From: Podarcis liolepis
Taxonomy: Eukaryota
NCBI GenBank assembly: GCA_965112155.1
Contig: OZ218103.1
Length of the DNA stretch: 64,000 nt
Strand: one strand, 5' to 3'
Shown: positions 24,844-39,371 of the stretch, in pieces
Numbering within the stretch: position 1 is the first letter of the stretch
How the letters are laid out: each line of letters begins with the position of its first letter
The notes under the pieces: model-generated
Databases searched by the model: none
The model's input: only the letters and a program-made list of their open reading frames with translations
What the model was told of the DNA's origin: nothing
Translations under genes and position numbers: made by a program

Positions 24844-26296
24844 CTGCTTTTATCCCAACCAAGGTTCTGGATTCCTGGTAACCTTGAAATCACAGGTTTG
24901 GACCTCATAAACGAAAAGATGAGGGTTGCAGTTTCAAGGGAAAGTGGCTGGTAAAGGAAGGTTAAGAATCACTTTTACTCCTTCCCCTTTACTCCTCCTC
25001 CTCCCTCCTTGCACTCCATCCCCTTGCAACAGCACTTTGCAAGGGAGGAGGAGGAACCATTCAGGGATTTGTTACCCATAGCTGCAACATAACATGTAGC
25101 TTGTCCCTTACCCTTGTTCAGATGTGCATCCAAAGAGTTAGAAGCATCCTACAGTGTGTGGTCTCTGTGTAGCTCTGAGAAGAGTAAATGGCAAGCCACA
25201 GTAATCTGTGTAGCTGGCGCCTCCAATGCCATATAGTTTTCTGTGTTTATAATATAACCTGCAAGTATAATAACCGAGCACTTTTCCTTAGTGCTCATAT
25301 CATTTTCATAACTCCTCTCAATAATCCTTACACTCTGTAAAATAGACCACTATCAGTATCCACATACTGCAAATTAGGAGGTGAAACTGAGAGAGACCTG
25401 CTTGTTGGGAGCAAATCCTAGCTGAGCTCTTTGAACTGGGTACTTCCTCTCTCTTAGACCACACCTTTAACCACTTCCCTACATCAACTAATCTTGTGTA
25501 CATGGGGAAAAAACAGTCAGTGGGAAAGGGAGATAATTCTTTCCATGAATAAAATATAGCATGCATGTGAGCAGGGGAATGGTCTGAGTAGCTGTACATA
25601 GGCTGAATGTGGCTTGTGGATCTCAGATGGTTGGATTAGCTCTTGCGGCATCCTACCAAAATGTTTTTCTCTCCTAGCAACCTTATAAGTTGAAATGGTT
25701 GTCACTTGGCCTCTTCTGCATTTTCCGTCAGTTTTTCCCCAACCAGCTTCAGTGGATATAAACTCCAGGGTGGATAATTTGGTTTAGTTATACTCCTCCT
25801 GCACATAAAAAAGTTTGCTCTCTGAGCCACATATGCTTCCATCGCTTAAGAGTTCTTGAGTGCTGTAAAACCAAAATAAATTGAGCATCAGCTAAGAGTT
25901 ACCCATCACTGTGTCATCCAGATTATGTCAGCCCAGTTAGTAATGCAATTTTGAAGGAATTATTTTTATGAACAATAAAATTGCTAATTGAATCAACTAT
26001 TAAAGTAAAATGTTGACCCACAAAACCAGTGATTGGTTAGGCTGCAATCCTGTACCCACTTATTTACATGGGAGTAAGACCCACTGAATTCAGTGGGAGT
26101 TGCTTCTGAGTAAATAGATGGAACTGTTACTACCTTTCTGTACGAGAAAGCTGATCACATTGTGACTTTTAAAAAAATGTTAATCCTCATAAGTCTTATG
26201 CAGAAAGGTGCTATGATTAAAAAAACACCAACTTTACACTGTGATAAGGCATGTCTTGCCCTTTTTCTGGAAAAAGAAGTTAGAAGTGTAACTGGA

Positions 26297-26336
26297 TAAT
26301 AATAATAAGAAGAAGAAGAAGAAGAAGAAGAAGAAT
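26297..26336. repeat. Compound (AAT)n-(AAG)n microsatellite
   Basis: Direct read. Confidence 0.93.
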
Positions 26337-29300
26337 AAGGCTACAGTTCTATACACAACTAGCTGGTAAGAGTTAACATGTAAATATTTTAAATAGGAGT
26401 GCTTAAAAATAAATATTAAGCAAGCACACCAGTTTCTTTGTCACAGACTTCTCCAGTATGATGAAATGCATTGTATTGTTAGTTAAATTATAACAGCTAT
26501 TTCTAAATGGGCATCAATACCTACAAATTGGCATATACAATTTTTAGGCAAACTAGTACCCTCTTTTGTCCTCTTTTGGGGTGATGGATTTTCTTGTTTG
26601 GGGTGGGGGTTATTGTGCAAGTAGTCACCCTAACTGTTACCACTTTGGCTCTTCTGCAGAGGATAGGAGAATGTGCTATAAGGTTTCTACATAAATTATC
26701 AAAGTGATCAGGGTTACTGGGAGCTTCTCTGACCCTATCAAAGTAATCAGGGTTAGTAGGAGTTTCTCAACCTCTTCATTTACTTTCTGTTTCTCTGTGG
26801 AATACTGGGAACAGCATTGTGCCTTCTGATTGCTTGTCCAATATCACATTTGTTATTTTGATGCTGTTGCCCCTCATCAAGTGAGACTAGCAGTTGCTGT
26901 CAGACTACTGACAGATGGGGCCATGAAACATGGAACACTTAAGGCCTCTCTTGGCTCCTGTAGGTGATAGCAGAACTTGAGGTTGTGGTGTCAGTTATAT
27001 TTTGCATATATTGCTCTTTCCATGGAAGATGTAAACTACTGCACTTCTTACTGTCATGCCTTTAAGTCCCAGTGTTCGGAAAAGAGCAGGAGGACTTGCT
27101 TCCTGCAGTGCCAGAGATAAGGGATGAAGAGAAGGGCTCTGGGGAGAAAGTGAGCATTCCAATTCACTAGGTGTTGGCATATTTACTGATAAAGTAGGCA
27201 CAATTTCAACATGAGATGAGGTGTAGCTGCTTCCATCCAGGGTCTTTCCAGAGCAGACTCAGCTGCAGATGTTCATTTCCTATAATCCATTAGTATAAGA
27301 AGTGATTAAGAGATAATCCAGCAATTAGTAACAAATTACAGGCCCCAAGATCATTCTTGACTGACGGGCTAGAAAGTTATCTGTTTGTATTAGTGTGCTT
27401 CATAAGTGAACCTTGCTTACTGTAATCTAAAGTACAAACACATGTGGGCAAACCATTACAGCTTGCCTGGCCTGGGCTTTGTACTGATGAGTTGTATAGC
27501 ATTGCTGTGCACCTCAGATAACACAGTCTTCTTTTCATATTGCCTACCTCAGTGTTAGTTCCTTTTTTGTGGAATGCTGGTAATTTTGCAAAGTAGTTGC
27601 CTCTATGCAACTACTTTTCACTGGGGTAGTAAAACTGTATCTGGGCTGATACATTTCAGACCGCTAGTGGGGTTCACATGATTCAATGCTCTTTTTCCTA
27701 TAAAAATATCACCTCCACCTAGAAAACTAAGTGTCAAAGGGAAAGATTCTAGCCTAGCCTTCTCTCAGAGAATACTAATTTACTAACATACAGGAATTAT
27801 TATTCATATTTTGGCTCCATATTGGCGAATCTTTATGTAATCCTCCTATCTCTACTCCGAAGCGGTACAGCCCCAGACACAGGTCTGCTCACCTCACTGA
27901 GAAATGTAGGTCTGCACTGGGGAACTGAGCCAAAATTCAAACCCACCCAAATTGCTGAAGTCCCAAAGATTTGAACCTTTTTTTAATAGGAAGGTTATAT
28001 AGCTGGGATTCTAATCTCTTCATACAACAGATTAGGTTCAAAAAATAGAATCTTATGAACAATCATTTGACTACATATCCAAAGGCGGAACCTTTGCCAT
28101 CTTCCCATCATCCCCTGAAACAACTGTGGAACTACAAATGTGGTACAATCCTCCTGTCACACTCAGAAAAGACAAAGTACTTTTTCCATTCACTCCTGGG
28201 TGGTGACAAAGGAGTAAGCAGAACTAAAATTATATTTCCACTTTCTGTACTTAATGGCTACTGCAACACACTTCACTCTGGTCCTTGAGCAAGTGAGCAC
28301 ATACTCTTCGATTCTATGCAAAGAGAGGAGTACAGTGCTTCCTTTCCCCTTCCTCCCCCACATCTATTGTGTATCAGTGCTGAGAATATGCACCGTGGAG
28401 TATATCTTAGCTTCCATGGTACTTCTTGGTGCAGTCTGTTTAAGGAGCAGGTAGGTGGCTGCACATCATGAAAACCAGCTGAAATCCCATCCTCTCTCAT
28501 CCTTGCAAATGAATTACTGATGGAACCAACCATACAGTGTATATCTTTCCCATTAAGGGTTTTAATTGAGAGTGTGTTCTGCTGACAGGCAATGTCCTCC
28601 CCCCACACCCGCCGTGCCTTTTCCCACCCTTAAAATGTGACTCATAAGCAGTTTCTAACCACCAGAACAGTCTCTGCATTCTCTCAGCAAGGGTTCAATT
28701 TCAGGCGATTCACCACAGATATTAGCTGCTATAAGGTCATTCCTGCAAAGGAAACGAGGTCTTCCATGCCCTTCAGGGAAACACAACTAACCTCTTACTG
28801 TCTCTCCTGCAGGAACAAAAACAGGAATGTACTGGATTGCCCTGCTGATTTGGGGTGATCGTTGCTTTGACTTTTTGCCCTCCTTTCTTTCCCAGTTCAG
28901 TGCATCAGGGGTCCTGACACAGCAACTGGTTTACACTGCACTAATGTTTCTCTGCTGCTTTTAGCTCTGTTTGGAAAGAGGGAGAAAGAGGCTCTTCATG
29001 CTTAAAGAATTCCCATTGTTCACCAGGACTGCTTCCTCTGTGTTGAGGAGTGATGGGGCGTGTGTGCAGATACTGAGCTGTGTGAGAGAGGCAGATGGGG
29101 GTTAAAGTGCCTCCGCTACTGTCTGTACAGTTGGAACGGAGCTTGGCACTTGACTGAAAATCCTGTGGTGTCTGAAATGTGGTGGGTATGTCCATGAGTG
29201 TGTGCACACTTGTTCTTGCCTATACTTGGCCAGAAGTGGGGGCAGCCTACCAAAATCAACTTGGCTCTTGGTGTTCCTGGGACATGTGCTCCTATATACT

Positions 29301-29570
29301 GAGGGTCTGGTTGTGTGCATCTGGATGAGGAAGAGAAGCTGAATCCAGTGTTCTGTGGCAGGAATGTTTGTTTGTGTGAGTGCGTGCGTGCGCAGTTGCA
29401 CAGTGGGTAGTCCTGGCCGGTCTCTACCATCATGTCTTGTTGTTTCAGTGCTGTGCAGACACATGCAGCTTGGCCTGTTTTTACTCTCTGTGTTTTTCCT
29501 TGTCTTTTTTTATTCCCTTCTCATCTTCATCGCACAATGTCATCAAACAAAACAAACTTTCATCTCTCAG

Positions 29571-29582
29571 ATCCGCGAGAAG
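29571..29582 (+). CDS. PTPRF: Microexon meB (12 nt, DPRE), Ig2-Ig3 linker
   Basis: catctctcag|ATCCGCGAGAAG|gttggt; phase 1-1; xxRE peptide matches the LAR-family meB (ELRE-type). Confidence 0.88.
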
Positions 29583-29773
29583 GTTGGTCCTTTTCACTTC
29601 TTATCCATCTACAGTATGCCACCTCTGATGAGACTTTTCCAGTAGGGGATGGAGAGCCAGCCCTGCAAGGGGAGGGTCTGATGGCCCCTGGCTCTCTGCC
29701 AGGCACTGCCATAGCAGGCCTGAATCTGCTTCCTAATTGCTATGTCCTTGCTGACAGCATTGACCACACTGCT

Positions 29774-29874
29774 TGCATGCCTTTTGTCGCTTGATGTTTA
29801 AAATGCACAGACCCTTATCTGCATGCAGTCCATCCCAAAGATTTTCGTGTTTTGAGATGGGAACGGGGTGCATG
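29774..29874 (+). promoter_or_regulatory. Cluster of three TGCATG (RBFOX) motifs downstream of meB
   Basis: TGCATG at 29774, 29820 and 29869. Confidence 0.55.
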
Positions 29875-32800
29875 TACATAGAGAGTAGGCAGCAGAGTGG
29901 GTTTTGCCTTAATCTGTTACTTTGTTTTGACTCCTGTTTCCTTTTTGTTGAGGAATGCAAAGTACTGATTTGAAGTTTCGGTTGGGGTGGACACCCCTCG
30001 CTCACAGTGTAAGCTGCTTGGTATAGAGTAGGAAGAGGAAGGAGCAACTGATAGAGGCACCATAGCCGCCTTTTTAACACATTGAATTCATTCCACATCA
30101 CACTTGCGTTTGAGATGCTGTGTTTATGATACACGCAAAGCACCACTGACGTAATTGAAAAAGCAGCGTTTTCTCATGCTGGATCATTTTTGTTTATAGG
30201 ATTGTTACCTGTATACCTGAAACCCAGGGACTTGATTCTTCCCTGGACAAGGACTCACTCAGCAAGGGCAACAACTGTACTAGAGAAAGGAAGGTGTGCC
30301 GTTATCTTACCTGCCTTTCTCTTATTGACAGTGCTGTGTTGCACCAAGATATTAGACAAAAGGTGATTGGTAGACATCAAAATTAGCAGGTGGCTTAAGC
30401 TACTCCAATATTTCCATTGAAGTTCAACTTCTGTTCTAAGTCAGGTTTTTTCAAAATGGTGCTGAGTATTGAAATTAAGGAAGGATGTTGCCTAGACTTC
30501 GCAGTGCCATAACCTGAAGCAATTACTATGGATATATCAACAACTTTCTCTGACCCAAGGTAGTATTCCTTTGATGAAAAAAACAGAATCCATATCTTTA
30601 TAGGCCCTAAAATGACCAATTAATAGAGAATGGTAGATATTGAGAGTTAGGAAATGTCTATGCATTAGTTCTGAAGGGGGATAATGTTCATCCCTCAGTC
30701 CAGATGCTCCGCTATTGCATCCCTTATGTTCCCATACTTTTTCCTGTGTACCTGTAATTATCACAGGACAGTGACTACCCTATTCTGCATGCCAGGACTT
30801 CTGGTTGGAGTCAGTACTTTAAAAGCACCTACTTTTCCAAGTTACTCTTCTGTTGTTTGTGCTTCTTGTTTAGCACAATAGCACTAAAGTACATGAAGCC
30901 TGAGACACTGCTATTTGGACATTCCCTTAAACCAAGACTCCTCAAACTGCTACACAGCCATACTAAGTGAACTTCATTAGAATTTGAATTAGAACTTGTT
31001 TAATGAGCTGTCATTGCAGTTGTCCCAGAGCTGTTGCTTTTGTTTTCATTTTAGTTCTCTGAATATGCTCCCCTTAACAAGGGGAGAAAGTTTTCTTGTT
31101 TTCAGACATAAACCAAAGCTTGTTTAGGGCAACATTGCATGGGATCCTGGCAGGAATTGAAGCTGAGAGATAGTGAAACGTTCTGAAGCTGCACAGATTC
31201 TGTTTGCCTGGCACTTTCATGTCCAAGGTCAAGTAACCTGAACAAATTAAATCCCTTCTTCCAGTGGAACCACCAGCATATATCAATAGCAAAAGTAGCC
31301 TTGATTGACAGATATACGCTTAGGGCTGTTTCATGCATTATGCTTACACCATCACATATTAAAATCATAAGTGTGACTTCCATTTTCTCCAGTGCACAAA
31401 TGGGTGTGTTTTATTTTTATTATTAGTTACACTTTACAAACCATACATAAACATCATTAATGTTATTCACAAGTGTTATGTACACACTTCTCTATAATTC
31501 AGCATGATATCTCAACTTATATGCTCAAAATTCATTTTAATTCCAACTTTTTGTTCCAGTTTCATTAAAATATATCATATTCTGCATCAATAAATAAAAT
31601 TTCTAATTCCTTTAGGTTTCAATTCCATCCAGTTAAGCTTCCATAAAACTTTGCTGTTTAAAAATCTATCAGAATACTTCATCTAGCAAACTGCTTTTCA
31701 GTTGTCTTTCTTTCTTTATTGTTTCAAAGCCACAGCCACTAGCCTGTGGAAAACAGGCACTATTTTCACACTATATTCCCAGATGTACATGTTTCCCAAC
31801 ACCCTTGTGAGAAAAAGGCATATGTGGAACAGCCCTTGACCAGGATGTTGCTTGGTCCCAGCCCACCAGAAATGTCCCAAAGCTCAAACATTTAATGGGG
31901 AGAGATATGTTAGATGCTAAATATTCCAGTGGGATGTTCCAAGCCTTATAATTTGTTTGGCACTGATAATTGCATCTTAGTTTTTGTCCGTTCCCCCCCC
32001 CCCAAGCTTTACTTACAACTGTGTACTGTTCACCCATGCATTTAATTATTGCTCTGCGATTGCTACCAGGTTATTTATTAAGGAGTTGTTTTATCTTGAT
32101 ATAGCAGCTCTTTTCTCTCCCCCCCCTTAATGCTGTGTTATTTTCAGAAGTGAATGAATGCAAATTCCAGAGCTGCAGAGTCTGCCTCTCCCTTGCTTTG
32201 CTATTAGCGTGTCACCAGGCCGAACCGTGATAGGTCTTTGGCATTGCTCTGCTGTAATGATAGATCCTCTTTTATATGGGGTTGTCAGCGCAAATAATTA
32301 GCTCTAAAAGTTATAGCTGAAATATAATCCAAAAATGGCTAGGCCCTGTTTTGGAAATTGTCTATAAAATGTCAGCACTCAGGGATGTATTGGGAACATA
32401 AATAGTGAGGCATTGTTTGAACAGGAGTTTAGACTCTAAATGCATCTTTTTTTCCCTTCCAGTCTTCTCCCTCCTGCTGGTGATTCTGTCAGTAGATTGT
32501 GAGGCCCTAGGAACTACCTTTCCATCAGGAGATATTGTTTAAAATACTAATGACAAGTATGAGAAGGGGTGGAGGAGCTATTCAGATCTGATAATTTTTT
32601 GCCCACCTTCCAGAAGCAGTTGTGATAAAGCAGAGTAAGATAGAGCCATGGACACTGGACAATACAGGAGGAAGGATTGTTTAGTTTCCCAACAGCATTG
32701 CTTTTACCCCAGCGTTCCCACAAAGCCAGAAACAAAACCATACATGTAAGCTGACCCAGGTAGCAAACTTGTGCAGGTGTCAGGAAAATGAGATTTATAT

Positions 32801-35800
32801 TATGGAAGAATTGAGAGAGGAGGTAGTTGTCTTTGGCATGAATAGCTTATTAAAGCAGTTTCGCTACCTGAAGGAGGGGATCAATTTGCATAGTCTCCCG
32901 CTCAAAATTAAGATATCTTGAATAAAATGTTTTGTGAAAGTCAAAATTATATTGCAATGATGGTTACTACCTTGGCTTTGTTTCTGGACGGTTCTGGCAT
33001 TTTGTCACAACTAAGAGTGCTAAAAGCTAAAATCAAGACTCACAATGTTGAACTTTAATTAATACTCCAGAATCTGGAAACAACTTTTGACAAAGATTAA
33101 AATCCCTAAGCACGTCATGGTCAGATGCAATACTTGCAGAAGATGAAGTGGGGTTTGTGTATGAGATTTTAAAGTCAGACTATGAAAAGAGTTGAAGCTT
33201 TGCGAGTGACAAAAGCAAATTGCTTATTAAGGAATTTTTAAAAATAACACATCATTGATCCTACTGTCCAAAAGTGCTAACAACAACAACAACAGGAATT
33301 CATCTTTAACTGTAAATTAATTTTGGCTGGCTGGTGCCTTTCACTTTGAGTGTGACTCTAGCACTCCTTCTGTTACTATTTTCCAGTGGCCTTACTTCTC
33401 TTAGCTCTGGTGCAGTAATCAATTAATAGTTGTTAAAACTGCCCAGCTTTTAGCAATTGCTTAGTGCCTGGAGTTTCCCAGGATGGAAGTAGAAAAGTGA
33501 TGGGAGGAGGACTTTTAGTGAGATGACCTCAGTGTTTTTATGAAATCCGAGAAGCAGCTGCTCTAATCTGAGCTAAGCAGGTTGATTGATCCATGCACAT
33601 TTATTCTGGATGCAAGGAAGGTGCACGCTAATGCATGCTAAATTATTAACACTTCTCCACCTCCCTTTGTTGTATTGCTTGCGTCTCCCCTCCCCACCTT
33701 CCAGAATGTGGAGCTGGTCTCTACTGGTGTGTTCTTATCACCTCCACTGCTGTGAGATGGCTCAGGATACGTCACTTACTTTCCACCTTAACTGCCAAAT
33801 TATTGCCCTGCATGCTCCATTCCGTAGGGAAGCCTGGGGGATTTTCCTCTTTTGTGAGTCATATAGGATGCCATGCTCTGGGATGAATAACAGTGAATTT
33901 CATGTTCGATAGTCTGCTGAAATAAACCTTGAACACCATTACCCATAGACCTTTACAATAGTTTTCCCCATGTGGTTTCTTCCAAAATCACCAAGTTGCT
34001 CACTTCTGCTTTATCTAAAAGGAGTTTACAGAAGACAAAACAAAAAAAACTGACAAATTCTACTGAGAAAAGAAGTCATGATAGTGTGAATGATACTGGA
34101 AATATTTGGGAGGCATCTACTCTCGTTTGGTCCTTGTGATTTGCTTTGTAAATTGGAAGAGGGTTTCTGCAGATTCCTGCAATTGGTGGGAATGGAGCTG
34201 CCTTAATTACTGATTGTCATGCCAGAGGCAGGAGAAAGATTGGGGCCTAGTGGAAGCTAGAACCGTATTCATGCTTGGGGATGCTGTGTAAGCAACCTTC
34301 ACTAGTTCTGCTCTGCCAGAGTGTTCTAATGCTGATTGACAGCTGTGCTTCACATCCCACTGGACTCTGCCCACAAAGAAGCTGCCAATTACCCAGGAAT
34401 GCTATACTGGTGCTAGGTTGGAATTCACCTCCTTTCTAACCTTCCCAGGCATTCTTTCTAGATTATAATCCAGCCTGGATTGACGGTAGCAACTCTAATC
34501 CCATCTGTTCCTGTTTTATTGACATTTTAAGATCTCAATGTGTAGTTTAATAGCCCAGGAAAGACTAGATAGAAGGGAGGTTGCCTCCCACTCGCTAGTA
34601 AGGCACACAACTGAGCCTCCATTGATCACCTTGCCTCTGTTCTTCCCCTCTACATAATGAGAACTACAGTTTGATTTGCAGCACATCTGAAGAGTATTTG
34701 CAACCAGACTGGAAGAGAGAAACTACCAAAGTGATGCTACAGAGGCAGGCACAGCATGAGGTCAACAAACACTGGATACTGTCGGAGTCTCCACAGCCTT
34801 AGTGTGGAAGCTGTTCCTGCCACCACCCCTTCTGACCAACAGAAACAATCTATTCTGCTTGCATGGTGCAGTACTTAGGCAACGTATAGTGGCTGGAGGA
34901 CAATCTGTTGAGGCTAGGTCATTAATAGGGCAACCTAGGGCAGGAAGAAGGCAAGCATTTTTTTGGAAATGAAACAGTGGAAACTGAGTGAAGAACTAAG
35001 GCAGCAGCCTCACTTCTGCACCTTTATGCCCTGTAACCAATCTCGGAACTGTCGCTGCATCAACGTACCAATAGGAAAGAAAAGGTTCATCAGCTTAGTG
35101 TCTGTGTTGGCCTTAGGGAGATGCATATCTCTGCTCAGTCATAAGAGTGACATTTGGCTGAGTCGTCTTGTGGAATCAGAAGTGCTCTGATTTCCGATCC
35201 TCTTTTTGAGTAACCTACCCCTGGGGAAGGGGCTTGCCTACAGCCTTTCTTTAAATCGGCTTGGTTTTGTGTGGGGATTGGAGGGGGGGAGAGATGTTCA
35301 TTGCCATTCATCCTGTAGCTAGGCTAGAAGAGACCCTTCTCTGATACATTGTCAAGTAACCTTTTCTCTTCCCCTGCCGCTAGAATAGTAAACAGCAGCT
35401 TTCAAAAAGGGCGAGAGGTTTTCTCGATAGCTCTTTGCTGAATGAACTAAAGCGCTTATCGGCAGATTCACAAGCCGTGTTCTTTCTTCCCAAGCATGGT
35501 CTTGACAGGTCTTTTTACGGCCACAAAGGAGTCAGTTGGGGACTGATGTCTGAGAGATATGTCAGGGAATGCTGTTCTGGTGGAGATTCACTCTAATTCT
35601 AACCACTGCTCATGCATGCATTTGAAGGTGACTTAGGTAATCGGAGGTAGTTGTAGGAGCTATCTTGCTTGGTTCTCACTGGAGTGGATGGCAGAGGTGG
35701 TTTCTGCATGCTACCGAATTCTTTCAGCCCTTCCGCATGAATTCCTTCCAGTCTCATTCCTGTGCCTCTTGCTTGCCTATCTGTGCATTTCAACCTTCCC

Positions 35801-37817
35801 ACCCTTGTTTTTTGTCAAGATTTTATGTAGCAGCTTCTTTCCCATACCTGGCCTCTTTCCTGTCTGGCGCATGTCAAGTCAATTAATTATTGCCGTGCAC
35901 GAGCCTGTTGTGTTACTACTCAAGCTTGCTTTTCTTTGAGACCAGTTTGGTTGGTGAGCGGGTGGGAAGTTGGTTGGTCCCTGGAATAAAACACAACAAA
36001 TGAACAAACCTCTTCATGTACTGGCTCAATACCATGTTCATTGTGGGGGGGAGAACGAGTCCTGCCTCTTGCCGATCAGAACCAGGCTGCGTTGGACAAC
36101 CACCCCATCATGTTGATCCATTGCCATGTCCATTAAATACCAGGGTATTCTCATAACTCTGTTAGAGCGCTGATTTGCTTTAATTTCTGTCTTGTTTGGG
36201 GGTGCACTCCCCTGTCAGGCAGGGAGCAAGCCTTTCACTGGTGACCATGCACACAATTATTGACCTGAGATTGAACAATTGATTAAAAGGAACAACCCAC
36301 TAGATTATAGATTTAGACATTTGATAACATGCACATTATCATTATGGGAGGGCCCCTTTAAAAAAGCTGGTGAGGAGCTGATGAGCTCTGCTTTGTCACT
36401 GTTGACAGCATTGTCTAATTTATCCCCAAACCCTCACTCTGTTGTACATTCTAATGTGGGGGCTTCTGTGTTCAGTCTATTTCTGTGAGTCTGCTGGTTT
36501 GGGAATGAATCATCAAAGAGAGCTCAAGCGAAATTTGATTAGGGGAAGTGTCAGGCTGAGCCGAGTCTTGTCAGCCTGTCTGTCAGCAGCTGCCCCTATT
36601 CTAACGAGATTTTGTGGTGTTGGAGATGACGCAGGAGGAAGCCCAGCATGAGGCAGTCCCAGTGGGCTTTAGCCCCTGAGCAGGTCTCTCCCATCTTGCT
36701 AAGAAATAGTCCACCCCACTGCTTTCCAGCTAACCCTATCCCTGTGCATTGCAGCTCTTCACTATTCTGCCAGCCCTGACTCTGTGGACTGGAGAGGCTG
36801 TGATATTAAATGTGTAGTGACATCTCCATTACAGAAAAGCAGGCTTCCCAGAAGAAACACATTGCACCCTCCCTCCCACATTTTTAATTTTTTATTTTAT
36901 TGTATGTATTTGAAATGAGTTTGCCCAGAGGAGACAAAGATTTACTATGTTCAGTTGTGTTCCTGTATCCCTCCTTAAATTGGCCCATAATACTGGCCTT
37001 AAAGAAGGGTCCTCATCTCTCAGTGTCATTTCCCTGACTGATGTGTGTACAGCAAACAGCTGGGGCACTTTAGCCGATCTAATGGTTTGTCTACAAAATA
37101 ACCCAAATGAGACTTTTATATGAATAGATGCTGTGTGATGAAATAAGGAGTGTTCTTTCTCCTGGAACACATTCCCAATGGGAGAGAGGATCCTGTCACC
37201 CAGGCCCTCTGCTGTCAGCTTAGATCTGATCTCCTGTCTATTAAGATGAAGCTCCTACCCAACAAGGTGTTCTGATCCGGCTGTGCGGTGCCCCAGGCTC
37301 ACTGCTGAATCCTGCACAGGAACACTGTTTTAGCTAGCAGTAATGCATGCAGTAATTTAAAAATAAAACCCTGTAGCTGCCCCTGCAAGATAGGTTTGTC
37401 CTGCAGGTTGCTTTGCTGTGGAACCAACCAGTTTAGTAGCTTATTCCACCTTGCAGAGGTTCTGCACACCCTAGGGACAGGGCGTGAACTTATTTTCTAA
37501 TTAGTGGGTAGATTTGAAATAAGGAGACATTTTAGTGTCCATAATGTAACTTAGCTGAGAGAACAATAATGGTGGCAGTCCTATAGTTGAGCTCCTGCTG
37601 AAAACACCAGTGGGTCAAAGGGAGAACTTGGGTATGAAATTTGGCAGAGCAGTGAACAGCTCTTGTTCAGAATTCTTTTTTTTCTTTTCTTCTTTTCTGG
37701 ATTGATTTGCTACTACTTAGGAGAAATGTTGATCCTTCCCCCACCCCTTGGGTATGCAGCAAGTGAATATCAATTGTCTAGGCTGTGACCCTACTAGTTG
37801 TCTATTCCTTGTTTCAG

Positions 37818-38087
37818 TGCGGCGAGTGTCCCCTCGATTTTCAATCCCTCCAAGTAACCATGAGGTGATGCCTGGAGGGAGCGTGAATCTCACATGTGTA
37901 GCAGTGGGGTCCCCAATGCCCTACGTGAAGTGGATTGTCGGAGACGTGGAGCTGACGAAAGAAGATGACATGCCAATGGGCAGGAATGTTTTAGAGTTGA
38001 CCAACATCACGCAGTCGGCCAACTACACCTGCGAAGCCATGTCCTCACTGGGGGTAATCCATGCAACAGCTCAGATCACTGTCAAAG
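37818..38087 (+). CDS. PTPRF: PTPRF exon, Ig3 (270 nt)
   Basis: gtttcag|TG CGG CGA GTG...GTC AAA G|gtaaga; (V)[26 protein letters not shown]...ATAQITVK. Confidence 0.96.
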
Positions 38088-39371
38088 GTAAGAAGCTGCT
38101 CCATGGTATCCTATACCTCTGCATGGTACCAGGTAGCAGAATGGGGTGCACTTGTGACTCAGTCATTATTAGTGTGAATGGGGAACCTGAGTACAAAGAT
38201 GCTGTGGAGCCTCACCATTAGCCCTGTCGCCATTGTTGCACAGGTCTTTCCAGCTTCTTGCATGTTCACGGCAAACATCTGTAGCAGGGAGTCTGCTGTA
38301 CTTGTGTAGACTTTTAAGACACGTTGCGTGTGCCTCCCCCCGCCTCCCGGTCTTTGTTACCCAACATGTATCTCCCAGAGTTTTCTCATTTGTTTTCTTG
38401 TAAAATAGAGGTTTACTTACAGTGCATAAATGGAATGGCCAAACATCAGAATTATAGAGCAAGTCTCTGGGAGAAATAATAAGGCCTCTCCACTGTCATT
38501 CAAGAGCCTTGCCCAAGAGCTAATATTTGTTTGGTTTGTGCATGTATCTGGATGGTGTGAAATGGCATCCAGGACAGCACATCTCTGTCAGGTCACTTGA
38601 AAAAGCTTTGTGGAAGCACCTGTCTTTCAGTTCTGTTACCTTACTAAACATCCTATAACCTACTGTGATTTCAGTATTTACATTAATACAGCTCCAGAGG
38701 GTGATCATTATGGGAGTCGGGGAGTCTCTCAGTCTTTTCTTCATGATCATAAATGTTTTCCTTGTGCCTAGCCAGTACATAGAAGGATCCCAAGATAGTA
38801 GAACGCAGTACTGACCACAAATTTATCTTTTTTGGATAAATGGCTGATGTGATCAGTTGTGCTAGAGTAGTTCTGCTTTCTTGTTAATACTCAGAACTTT
38901 CATAACAGAATTGGCTTCCTTAACATCCCACCACAAAAATATGCTTGCCACAAGTCCCTGCAGTCCACATATTCTTGCTCTTGCAGCAACAGTAGACATG
39001 GAACTACTTTTGCCCCGGTATACTTTCCGAAAAGGCCATGAACCTGGCTTCCTAAAGTGTACCTCAGCTGAATAACCCTTTCTGCTTTAGAAAACCTGAC
39101 TTGGTTCCTTGTTTAAATTACCTTTATTTAGCCAGCTGCCAGCAAGTGCTTTGAGCACATCTAATAACATGATTGCTGTGTTTACTCTTCCATTAAGAAG
39201 CACTTCAAGCAATATATGGTAATGTGTAATATAAAAATGTACGTTCTTGACTATGAAATGATTTCTGCCTTTAAAGGAAAATGTTAGCAAGCATCTAAGC
39301 CTCCTTTATAGCTCTGCACATTACAGCATTTGCACTAATCAAATTACTGACATTGTGCTTTTTGCTTTCAG

